Origin: Nanobdellati archaeon
GTDB lineage: Archaea; Nanobdellota; Nanobdellia; Woesearchaeales; GCA-2686295
Assembly (NCBI GenBank): GCA_014384375.1
Contig: JACNFY010000020.1
Location: 1 to 63,221 of the forward strand
Direction of reading: 5' to 3'
Length of the DNA: 63,221 nt
The stretch's first letter is position 1. The number at the start of each line of letters is the position of its first letter. The position numbers and the translations under genes were made by a program. The notes under the pieces were generated by a model that worked only from the letters and a program-made list of their open reading frames with translations, was not told the origin of the DNA and did no database searches. Below are positions 27,351 through 36,036 of this stretch, one piece after another.

Positions 27351-28484
27351 ATGAGAAAAACAATATTTTTTTTACTTATGATTATCCTATCAACAAGTGC
27401 CTATAGCATAGGTCTCTCAAGCGGTCGCAGCTATCCTAAGCCAATATTATTTGAGCCAGGATTAGTGTTCTCAGAAGACCTTGTCATGTCACAATATAAG
27501 TATGAGTCAGAACCCTATATTGAAGGAGACCTTGTAGAGTACGCCATCATAACTAACCATAAAGACTATGGTGACTATCAAACTTTTACAGTGATTCTTA
27601 CTCTCCCTGAAAAGCTGGATAGGGCAGGAATACACACATTGTACATAGGAGCAAGAGAGCTCCCCCCAACAGAAGGAGGTATTGTCGGACTAACAAGAGT
27701 TCGAAAACTTAGACAGTTTTTGGTTCTTTACGATGAAAAAATAGCAAAGTTCTACGAATTATTAACTCCTAATGTTAATGAAGGCCAAACAACAAAGTTC
27801 TCATTCAAGGCAGAGAGCCTCTCAAAACAGAAAATAACTAGCATAGAAGTTGATATAAAAATTTATGATTTTAACAGAAAACTAATAAAAACTCTCAATA
27901 TTGAAAAGTTTGAGTTGGCGTCTGCAGAGAAAAAAACTCTTAGTGTTGAATTTGACTCTCAAGGACTAACATCAGGACAATACTTCGCAGAGGCAGAGAT
28001 ACATTGGGAAAATGAAATCACAAAATTGGAAAGCAGCTTTAAAATCGGAGCTTTAAACCTGCAAATATTGAATTTTACAAGGAACTTCACTGCAAATCAG
28101 ATAAATAAGATAAACATCGAGGTAGAAAGTAAGTGGAATGGAAAAATAAATGATGTTTATGCTCAGCTATTCATTGATGATGAGGAGCAAACATCAACCC
28201 AAACATACAACTTTGGTCCTTTTGAGAGGAAAGAGATAACTGGATATCTGGATTTAAGCTATGTTGAAGGAGGAATGCACACTTTAAGAATAATACTAAA
28301 CTATGGAAACGAGAAAACTGTTGTTGAAGATGATATTAATATTGTTGGAGAAGGAAAAAAGAAACCAAGAGTAAGAAAACCAATAACCATCACGCTTAAC
28401 AGCACTGAGATAATGATGCTTCTAGTGATAATAGTCTTAATACTGGCAATAGTTGTTATTCTTCAACAGAGAAAGAAAAAATGA
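27351..28484 (+). CDS. Secreted beta-sandwich repeat protein with a C-terminal TM anchor; paralog of 25150-26256
   Basis: Signal peptide (IFFLLMIILSTSAYS), C-terminal TM plus QQRKKK. ATG at 27351 fits the TATA spacing better than the GTG at 27342. Confidence 0.6.
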   Translation: MRKTIFFLLMIILSTSAYSIGLSSGRSYPKPILFEPGLVFSEDLVMSQYKYESEPYIEGDLVEYAIITNHKDYGDYQTFTVILTLPEKLDRAGIHTLYIGARELPPTEGGIVGLTRVRKLRQFLVLYDEKIAKFYELLTPNVNEGQTTKFSFKAESLSKQKITSIEVDIKIYDFNRKLIKTLNIEKFELASAEKKTLSVEFDSQGLTSGQYFAEAEIHWENEITKLESSFKIGALNLQILNFTRNFTANQINKINIEVESKWNGKINDVYAQLFIDDEEQTSTQTYNFGPFERKEITGYLDLSYVEGGMHTLRIILNYGNEKTVVEDDINIVGEGKKKPRVRKPITITLNSTEIMMLLVIIVLILAIVVILQQRKKK

Positions 28485-28897
28485 AAGTAAAGGAAATAAT
28501 AATTCTGCTTGTTTCACTATTATTACTAACTTATGGTCTGAGCTTTCTATACTATACATATTTCAAAGTTGTAGATGTAAAATCTTTACCTTATTATTTC
28601 AGCGTACAGCATCATATAGGCCTTGTTGGGGACAGAGATGCTGTGAAGTTCGGTGGAGTAATGCCTGGAGAAACAGGCAAAAGATGGCTTCATCTAATGA
28701 ATAATCTTGACTTTCCTGTAAAAGTAAACATAAAAATAAAGGGGGAGAAAAGTGATTGGATAACAATAGAAGAAAACAATTTCATTCTAGAACCAAACAC
28801 TTACAATAATGTAAGTATAATAGTCCAAGTTCCTGAATATGCAGAGCAACACACTAACTATACTGGAAAAGTAACTGCTTATTATTTAAAGACATAA
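28481..28897 (+). CDS. Small N-terminally anchored beta-sandwich protein (DUF1573/PapD-like pattern)
   Basis: ATGA overlap with the previous gene. TM helix, then AVKFGGVMPGETGKRWLHLMN, typical of the FG.V..GE beta-sandwich family. Confidence 0.5.
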   Translation: MKVKEIIILLVSLLLLTYGLSFLYYTYFKVVDVKSLPYYFSVQHHIGLVGDRDAVKFGGVMPGETGKRWLHLMNNLDFPVKVNIKIKGEKSDWITIEENNFILEPNTYNNVSIIVQVPEYAEQHTNYTGKVTAYYLKT

Positions 28898-28914
28898 CTA
28901 GAAAAAACACAATT

Positions 28915-28922
28915 TTTATATA
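28915..28922 (+). promoter_or_regulatory. TATA box (TTTATATA), leaderless geometry
   Basis: Centre is about 29 nt upstream of the ATG at 28948. Confidence 0.45.
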
Positions 28923-28947
28923 GAAAAATCCTGATTATGATTGTTAA

Positions 28948-30906
28948 ATGAGAGACAACTACTTGACCCTATTGGCAATTGTACTTATTCTATCCACAAT
29001 TATCCAGAGCAGTTATATAATAATCAAGATTCAGGAAGTAAGACAAATCCCTATTGCAGGCAAAGCAGCATCTTCCAGCACAGGATTGATAAAACTATGT
29101 ATAGGAGGCATGTCTCCTGAGAACATGACAACCAACTGCCCTAATAGGACAAGGGAAGGGGTTGAAATATATTGTGAAGTAAACGCGAGTGACCCTGATG
29201 GAGGAAACCTAACATTTTATTATTCAGGAACAGAACCATTTCTTAACGTAACTTCTGATGGAAATATAACTATTAAAACATACAATGGCTCACTTGAAAC
29301 TCCTCCGTTACTTGAGAAATACCAGAATATGTTAGGAAATCATAGTCCCTTGTTAGTAGCCAGCAAACCATCTATTTGCGGAGATATTTGGACAGGTCTC
29401 AGCCTTCATCTTGAAATCTACGACGAAAATGATGTTCCCTACCTTACACAATCATTACCTGACAGGACCATTCCTCTTAGTACTACAGTACTTTTATTCA
29501 GGCTTGATGACTACTTCGATGACCCTGAAAGACAAACTTTGTCATACACTCATAGTCCTTCTCCAAGCATAGTTCTTACCATACTAGGTAGTAGTGATGT
29601 GCTTGCATATACAAACAGTTGTGCTAGTGAAAATGTTGTTTTCACAGGAACTGACCCTGGAAGTCTATCTGCGGACAGTAATTCAGTTACAATAACCCCT
29701 GATTGTGGTGATGCTAGCGCTGAAGAGGGTGAAACTACTCAAACTAGTAGTGGAGACGGAGGCGGAGGAGTAGAAAGTCCTTGTGTTTCAGACTGGTACT
29801 GTGATCCATGGACAAAATGCACTCCTAACGGAACAACAACAAAAAGATGCATCGATAAAAATGCATGCAATCCTGACAATTTCATTTATGAGATAGAAGA
29901 AGAATGCGGATACATACCTCCTCCAGAGTGTGAAGAATTCTGGGAGTGTACTGAATGGGAACCCTGTCAACCTGATAACACTCAAACAAGGGAGTGTACT
30001 GAATTAAATGGTTGTGACACGCAAGAGAACAAACCACCTACTATTCAAGAATGTGTTTATAATCCTACATGCACAGATGGGGTTCAGAATCAAGGAGAAA
30101 CAGGAATTGACTGTGGAGGACCTTGTCTTCCCTGTAGTGAAGTACAGGTTCCTGGTGTTATCCAAGAGCAAAAAACAATCATATCGAGTCTTCTCTTGTT
30201 AATAATATTAATTCTCATATCACTCTTAATGGTATACAAGTATTTCCATAAGCAGATAAATGCAGCAGTAGTGAAAATGTTGTTGACAATCACTGAAAAA
30301 AGAGCTAAAAGAATATTACTCTCTGAGAAGGATAAGAAATACTTATTGGAAAAGTTGTTAGAGGTTGAGAAAGGTATAAACAATAAAAATCTGAACAAGA
30401 AAGTAATGGATACATCAGTGATTTGCAGGGAATACTTCTCTAAGATTTTCAAGGTTTCTTTAACGCTTACCAAAAAACAACTAGAGGAGTATATTAGCCA
30501 TTTAAGAATAAAAGAACCATTAAGCAGCATATTCTTGTCTTTCTATGACAAAATATCGGTTGTTGAAACTAAAAAGATTCGCATGTACAAAACAGATTTA
30601 CTTATATTGATTGAAGAGTTAAGGGAAATAATACACCAGACATCAAGATTTAAAGAAGAAGATATTGGGAAGGAAATAAAAGAAATAACTATTGAGAAGA
30701 AGGACAAGCCTGTTGTAAAAATAAAGAAACAGATATACAACACATATATAGCTATGCACTTCAACAAATTAGAAGTTTCCAAGAATAAATACTCAGAGAT
30801 AATAAACATATATGAAGAGTTCTCAGAACGTCTAAAAGCAAAGTTCTACAAAGACTTAGAAAGGCTCTTTAATGAGATAAAGTATTTGGTTAGCATAAAC
30901 CAATGA
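28948..30906 (+). CDS. Bitopic membrane protein: extracellular domain with Cys/Trp-rich repeats, central TM, ~230-aa cytoplasmic helical domain
   Basis: N-terminal anchor. CVSDWYCDPWTKC / CEEFWECTEWEPC repeats. CTDGVQNQGETGIDCGGPCLPC motif. TM (IISSLLLLIILILISLLMV). The cytoplasmic tail resembles the 35221-35928 product. Confidence 0.6.
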   Translation: MRDNYLTLLAIVLILSTIIQSSYIIIKIQEVRQIPIAGKAASSSTGLIKLCIGGMSPENMTTNCPNRTREGVEIYCEVNASDPDGGNLTFYYSGTEPFLNVTSDGNITIKTYNGSLETPPLLEKYQNMLGNHSPLLVASKPSICGDIWTGLSLHLEIYDENDVPYLTQSLPDRTIPLSTTVLLFRLDDYFDDPERQTLSYTHSPSPSIVLTILGSSDVLAYTNSCASENVVFTGTDPGSLSADSNSVTITPDCGDASAEEGETTQTSSGDGGGGVESPCVSDWYCDPWTKCTPNGTTTKRCIDKNACNPDNFIYEIEEECGYIPPPECEEFWECTEWEPCQPDNTQTRECTELNGCDTQENKPPTIQECVYNPTCTDGVQNQGETGIDCGGPCLPCSEVQVPGVIQEQKTIISSLLLLIILILISLLMVYKYFHKQINAAVVKMLLTITEKRAKRILLSEKDKKYLLEKLLEVEKGINNKNLNKKVMDTSVICREYFSKIFKVSLTLTKKQLEEYISHLRIKEPLSSIFLSFYDKISVVETKKIRMYKTDLLILIEELREIIHQTSRFKEEDIGKEIKEITIEKKDKPVVKIKKQIYNTYIAMHFNKLEVSKNKYSEIINIYEEFSERLKAKFYKDLERLFNEIKYLVSINQ

Positions 30907-30995
30907 TTCTAATTTAACGTTCTAAATGAAAAAATTTATATACTTTAGAAATAAGTTATTTAAATAAGCTAACTTACATAACTTAGTAATTACTA

Positions 30996-31133
30996 ATGAC
31001 GAACATAAACATAGAGATATCAGACGACATACACAAACAGATAAAGCTGAAAGCAGTTCTAGAAGATTTAACGATAAAAGATTACATAATCAAAAGTCTA
31101 GAAAAAAAGTTCTCTCATAAAAAAATAACCTGA
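30996..31133 (+). CDS. Ribbon-helix-helix (CopG/Arc-like) mini-protein, 45 aa (absent from the ORF track)
   Basis: Hand translation: MTNINIEISDDIHKQIKLKAVLEDLTIKDYIIKSLEKKFSHKKIT. Classic beta-strand, helix, helix RHH pattern. Confidence 0.65.
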   Translation: MTNINIEISDDIHKQIKLKAVLEDLTIKDYIIKSLEKKFSHKKIT

Positions 31134-31137
31134 TAGA

Positions 31138-31263
31138 ATGACCAATATAAACATCAAAATACCAAACGAATTGCACAAGAAAATCAAAATAGAATCAGTC
31201 AAAAGAGAGATGACAATAAAAGAACTCATAATAAAGACCTTGGAGGAAAAGGCAAAAGAATGA
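31138..31263 (+). CDS. Ribbon-helix-helix mini-protein, 41 aa; paralog of the previous ORF (absent from the ORF track)
   Basis: Hand translation: MTNINIKIPNELHKKIKIESVKREMTIKELIIKTLEEKAKE. Its TGA overlaps the ATG of the giant gene (ATGA at 31260-31263). Confidence 0.65.
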   Translation: MTNINIKIPNELHKKIKIESVKREMTIKELIIKTLEEKAKE

Positions 31264-34200
31264 AAGTCAAAAGATCGCATAAAATAATACTTACAATTAT
31301 AATAGCTCTCTTAATAAGCATATCAGTTCAATCATTTTCATTTATCAAACCGGTAAGAATTGGAGACGGAGACACTATCGACAATGCAACACAAATCAGG
31401 AAGAGTGGAGGACTCAGATGCAAATGGAGCTACTCATTAGACACTGAGAACATAACTGTTACTTGGTATAACAACAGCGTATTCTATGATTCCACCACAT
31501 GGACTTCTGGAAACTTAGAAAACTTCACAAACCTACTACCAAGTGCATTAAATGAAGGAGAAATATGGAACTGTACAGTTATCCTAACAAACAGCTCAGG
31601 AAATACTTTAACAGATTCAGCCATTATAGAACTCATCTACGATCCGTTGGTTTATATTCAGATAAATGGTTCATACCAACAGATAACCAACCAAACACAA
31701 GAAATCTACGAAGACTCAACATACAACGTTGTGTGGAATACAACAGCAAGCTATGATCCTACAGAGGGATTCTCAGTATCCCCAACAACAAGCTTCTGCT
31801 CAGGAGGAGGAACTGATTCAGGATCAGGAACATGCTCACCAAACAGTTCGCACTTAGGAACAGACAAAAACACTTCAGGAGTCCAGACAATAACCTTCAA
31901 ATATGAACACTCAAGTGGAACACAAAAAAATAAAATTAATTTCACAATCATACCAGTCAATGATGCGCCTGGTTTGAGTAATGTTATAAATGATTCCATA
32001 AACGAAGACCAAAGTTGGACTAACACAATAACAATCACTGATGAAGAAGGTAATTTTCCAATGAACATTTCTATCTCACAGCCGACATTCTGCAGTTATA
32101 CGAACGCATCAAATACAATAACATTCAACTGCACACCAACACCACTAGACGTTGGAAACTTCACTATCTACATCAATGTAACCGATAATCCTCCATACAA
32201 TGAAACATACACAATAATACCACAAAACATAACAACAAATTTCACATTAGAAGTACTACCAGTAAACCATGTTCCAAACATAACTTACGTGAGCAACTTT
32301 AATGCCAGTCAGAACCAACTATACAACATAACAATGAACGCCACTGACATATATGACAACAATACACTTAACTTTTCAATAACAAGCTCTTGTAGCTTAA
32401 CTAATCCATGGACAAATGTAACTACCACTACAAATGTGACTTGGGATGGAGAAAACTTCACAAGCTATGGAAACGGAACATGGATTAGAACATTAACAAA
32501 CGACCATATAGTTTGTAGAAATATAACTGTTACAGTAACTGATCAATTTGGAGCATCAAACTCAACAAATATATATCTGAACATATCAAATGTTAATGAC
32601 CCTCCAGTCATAGAAAACTACAGTTCGCATCCGAATGATCTCTTAAATAACAATTACATCAATAACCTAACTGGTTATGAACTAGCACCATTCATATATC
32701 AGATAAACGTTACAGACCCCGACTTATTAGTAACATATGACCCCAACTTGGATTCCTTCAATGAATCATTAACATATACAAGCAACGATAGTTGGTTGAA
32801 CAACTACATAGACAACAGTACTGGATTGATAAATATTAGTTCTCAAAATATGAACATAACCCCAAGTAATTACTCCTTCCTAATCAACGTGACTGACAAC
32901 GGCACAACGAGATACAGCAACACTAGCATCATGGTATTAGAAGTAAGACCAAATGATCCGCCACTGTTCAACCAAACTCTAAACTTTACCTGCTACGAAT
33001 TTGACTCATTAAACAATCCATCAAGCTGCAACATAAACCTAAGCCAATATGCAAGTGATCCTAACGCCGTCACAGGTGATTCAGTAGCAAACTTCTCAGA
33101 TGACTCAGACACATTCAATGTATCAAATGAAGGATTACTTCTATTTAATGCAACACAAGATATGGTGGGATTACATACTTTCAATATAACAATAACAGAC
33201 ACGAGAGGAGCCAGCAACATAAGCTTGATGTATCTATATATAAACAACACTAATAACGAACCAAATATAACAAGCATAGAAGCACGAGATCCGCCTATAG
33301 CATTATACTATAACAAACCAGCTAACAACAAAATACCTATATCTGCGTCTGACCTGGATCTAAACTTGAATGGAAACAACGAGTCATACTTGAATTACTC
33401 ATATGAAAGATTAACATTTACATGGGCTAACAACAATCAAAGCCAAAACCTCACAGAATATATCACTATAAGCCCAAATATTACCAATCAAACAAACGAC
33501 ATATTCTTGATAATAAACACAACACAATTAGTCAATAACACATTATTACAAACAGGGACTTACAGTATTAACATAACAGTACAGGACAACTATTTGAACT
33601 ACTCAGGAGCTAGCACTTCTGACTCAGACACATACATGTACAATTTCACAGTCTATAACACAACAGGACCTCCTGTCATAACAAGCATTTACCCATATGG
33701 AAAACCATGGTTCACTAATGGAACAGTATTTGGGTGGAGGAACATAACATCTTCAAACGAGACAACTTATATCAACATCACTGAAAACAGGAGTATCTTT
33801 TTCAATCATACAGCGACAGATGAGAACCCAGACAACCTAACATATGAATGGTACTATGACGGAATAAGACTAAACACGAGCTCCACTGTGAACTATAACT
33901 CATCAGCAAGTTTAATTGATAACAATAAATCCCTTAATCTCACATTCGGATTCTTCGAAGCAGGTCCGTTTAGCATAGAGTCACACAACCTTAGTTTGGT
34001 GGTTGTCGATGGATTTGACGAAACACTAAATGATACGTTCATCTGGAGTATAAACGTAACAGATGTTAATAGACCTGTAGTATTAAACTCGTTGATACCT
34101 AACATAACAGTTGAAGGAAGCAGAAATGTAGATAACAAGGATTTGTGGACAGCAAGTTATACTTATGGATTCTACGACCCGGATTTTGATAAAGATGGTG

Positions 34201-35246
34201 ACGGAACCATAGAGCTTGGAGAAAGCAATTTCTCAATAACTTATAGTATTCCCACAGGAGAGAACGGAACACTATGTCAAGGATTTGCAACTATCAACGT
34301 GTCAGACCCATACTCAAACTTCACAGACTCCAACACCAATAAAACATGGATATACGGACATGGAATAAAAGCAACAGCAACTGCAAATGGAACCTGCAAT
34401 GTAACATTCACAGCGACAGATGGAGAATTCAATGCAACTAGCAATGTTGTCTTCCTCATCGTCACACTTCTATCCTCACAAAGCCCTGAAACAGTTGATA
34501 TAATACAAGGATCAAAAACCAAAACAAGGACTGTGACTGAAACAGTAACAATACCAGTGCCTGAAGAAATAGAAAAACCCATACCAATTGATATCATACT
34601 TCCAGACATGGTGACTGTATATGAGAACAACACCATAGAGATTCCATTAACAGTCACCAATACATGGAACAAAACAGTATATGGAGTGCGCTTAGACTTT
34701 AAGACAGCAAACACTAGCTTGAACTATACTGTAAAATTCCAAAGGCAAAACTTCTTCAAGATTGAACCTGGAGAAGTCACAAAAACTGTTATGACAGTCT
34801 CTAACTACAGAGTTGGAGGAGTATACGAGATACTAGTGCTTGCAAATGTTACAGAACCACCGTATGTGGACAGTGCAAAGATATACCTAAACTCAATAGA
34901 ACAAAGCACTACAGGAGCACAAGTAAGAACACTAATAAAATTTGCAAGGGATCTATTACAGAAGAACAAGGAATGCCAGGAACTTGGAGAAGTACTAAAC
35001 AAAGCAGAAGAGAAAGCAAGGGAAGGTGAACTACAAAAAGCTATTGAATTAGTAAACTCTGTGATAAACGGCTGCAAATACCTAATAAGTCAAGAACAGC
35101 AGATAAAAGAAAGCCCAAGAAGGTTCAGAAAGATACATCTCCCAATAAAGAAAGAATACTTAATCTACCTCCTAATAATAGGAATAACTGGACTAATAGT
35201 AGCAGGCGGATATACTCTTTTCAAGAAGAAAGACCAGATTTCTTAA
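31260..35246 (+). CDS. Giant (1328 aa) type-I membrane-anchored, sequon-rich surface protein with cadherin-like repeats
   Basis: Signal peptide (IILTIIIALLISISVQS). Repeat-boundary motifs PVNDAP, PVNHVP, NVNDPP, RPNDPP, NNEPN and DVNRPV every 100-130 aa. C-terminal TM plus FKKKDQIS. Confidence 0.85.
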   Translation: MKVKRSHKIILTIIIALLISISVQSFSFIKPVRIGDGDTIDNATQIRKSGGLRCKWSYSLDTENITVTWYNNSVFYDSTTWTSGNLENFTNLLPSALNEGEIWNCTVILTNSSGNTLTDSAIIELIYDPLVYIQINGSYQQITNQTQEIYEDSTYNVVWNTTASYDPTEGFSVSPTTSFCSGGGTDSGSGTCSPNSSHLGTDKNTSGVQTITFKYEHSSGTQKNKINFTIIPVNDAPGLSNVINDSINEDQSWTNTITITDEEGNFPMNISISQPTFCSYTNASNTITFNCTPTPLDVGNFTIYINVTDNPPYNETYTIIPQNITTNFTLEVLPVNHVPNITYVSNFNASQNQLYNITMNATDIYDNNTLNFSITSSCSLTNPWTNVTTTTNVTWDGENFTSYGNGTWIRTLTNDHIVCRNITVTVTDQFGASNSTNIYLNISNVNDPPVIENYSSHPNDLLNNNYINNLTGYELAPFIYQINVTDPDLLVTYDPNLDSFNESLTYTSNDSWLNNYIDNSTGLINISSQNMNITPSNYSFLINVTDNGTTRYSNTSIMVLEVRPNDPPLFNQTLNFTCYEFDSLNNPSSCNINLSQYASDPNAVTGDSVANFSDDSDTFNVSNEGLLLFNATQDMVGLHTFNITITDTRGASNISLMYLYINNTNNEPNITSIEARDPPIALYYNKPANNKIPISASDLDLNLNGNNESYLNYSYERLTFTWANNNQSQNLTEYITISPNITNQTNDIFLIINTTQLVNNTLLQTGTYSINITVQDNYLNYSGASTSDSDTYMYNFTVYNTTGPPVITSIYPYGKPWFTNGTVFGWRNITSSNETTYINITENRSIFFNHTATDENPDNLTYEWYYDGIRLNTSSTVNYNSSASLIDNNKSLNLTFGFFEAGPFSIESHNLSLVVVDGFDETLNDTFIWSINVTDVNRPVVLNSLIPNITVEGSRNVDNKDLWTASYTYGFYDPDFDKDGDGTIELGESNFSITYSIPTGENGTLCQGFATINVSDPYSNFTDSNTNKTWIYGHGIKATATANGTCNVTFTATDGEFNATSNVVFLIVTLLSSQSPETVDIIQGSKTKTRTVTETVTIPVPEEIEKPIPIDIILPDMVTVYENNTIEIPLTVTNTWNKTVYGVRLDFKTANTSLNYTVKFQRQNFFKIEPGEVTKTVMTVSNYRVGGVYEILVLANVTEPPYVDSAKIYLNSIEQSTTGAQVRTLIKFARDLLQKNKECQELGEVLNKAEEKAREGELQKAIELVNSVINGCKYLISQEQQIKESPRRFRKIHLPIKKEYLIYLLIIGITGLIVAGGYTLFKKKDQIS

Positions 35247-35928
35247 TCGAATCGTAAACAGAATTAAGCACTTCATAATAACTAGCTTTCTCCTCAGGCG
35301 GAAGAGTGTTGTACAAAGAAACAACTTTTTGATAAAGGTCAGTCGCACTGGTTAAGTCACTATTATAAAGACTGTAATAGATTTTCTCAAGCAAACTATT
35401 AATCTCTACATGATTCGCCATGACAGGGCTCATTACTTCCAAACTAAGATGAGGAACTTCCTTTTCCTGCAAATCATCCTTTTTAACATCATGCTTTCTA
35501 AACTTCCTGAAATAGTCAAGAGTCCTATCCTTCCATCTCTTAAAAACAACAGAGCCAACTCTTTTACTCCTCTCTTGGGTGGAGACAAGCAAGTAATCTA
35601 TATAACTTTTAAACTCATTTAGAAAAGTCTTTAAATCCTCATCAGAATAACTAACCTGCGAATACTCAAACATAAAAACCTTCTCTATAAACTTGAAAAA
35701 ATCAGACCTGATATTATAAGGAAGATAAACATTCTTCAGTTCTTCAAAAAGCTCATCTTTAGTGAACTCATAATCAAGACGAAGGTAATTTCTCAAAAAA
35801 TTCTTAATAAGATAATAAACCTCATTATCAGAAATCAACCCTTTAGTAGACAGGTAGTTTATATCCCTTAGAACATCGCGTCTCAGTGTAGCTTTAGCTT
35901 GAATCTCACCTATTTTTCCCTCTACCAT
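35221..35928 (-). CDS. Hypothetical cytoplasmic helical protein (235 aa), homologous to the tail of the 28948 product
   Basis: ORF convergent with giant gene 2, overlapping it by 26 nt. No TM. Similarity to residues ~440-650 of the 28948-30906 product. Confidence 0.55.
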   Translation of the reverse strand: MVEGKIGEIQAKATLRRDVLRDINYLSTKGLISDNEVYYLIKNFLRNYLRLDYEFTKDELFEELKNVYLPYNIRSDFFKFIEKVFMFEYSQVSYSDEDLKTFLNEFKSYIDYLLVSTQERSKRVGSVVFKRWKDRTLDYFRKFRKHDVKKDDLQEKEVPHLSLEVMSPVMANHVEINSLLEKIYYSLYNSDLTSATDLYQKVVSLYNTLPPEEKASYYEVLNSVYDSIKKSGLSS

Positions 35929-36005
35929 ATCAAAAACTTATAAGCGCTCAAATATTTAAAATATTCGATTTTTAAGTTACTCTTCTCCAGTAGGCCAAAA
36001 AAGTT

Positions 36006-36011
36006 TTTATA
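36006..36011 (+). promoter_or_regulatory. TATA box (TTTATA), leaderless geometry
   Basis: Centre is about 28 nt upstream of the ATG at 36037. Confidence 0.4.
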
Positions 36012-36036
36012 GATAGAGTATAATTAAAAGAAATAC

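Noticed and set aside
28453-28704. 83-aa alternative-frame ORF
   Set aside because: It overlaps the end of the 27351 gene and the start of the 28481 gene. Its composition is atypical and it has no start signal.
30972-30978. ACTTACA half-site of the 69-bp-repeat palindrome also occurs upstream of the RHH genes
   Set aside because: A 7-mer is expected several times by chance in 63 kb of AT-rich DNA, and the dyad partner TGTAAGT is absent here. This is not enough to claim a shared operator.
19169-35246. Diversity-generating retroelement targeting the giant surface proteins
   Set aside because: I could see no reverse transcriptase, template/variable repeat pair or accessory gene in the window.
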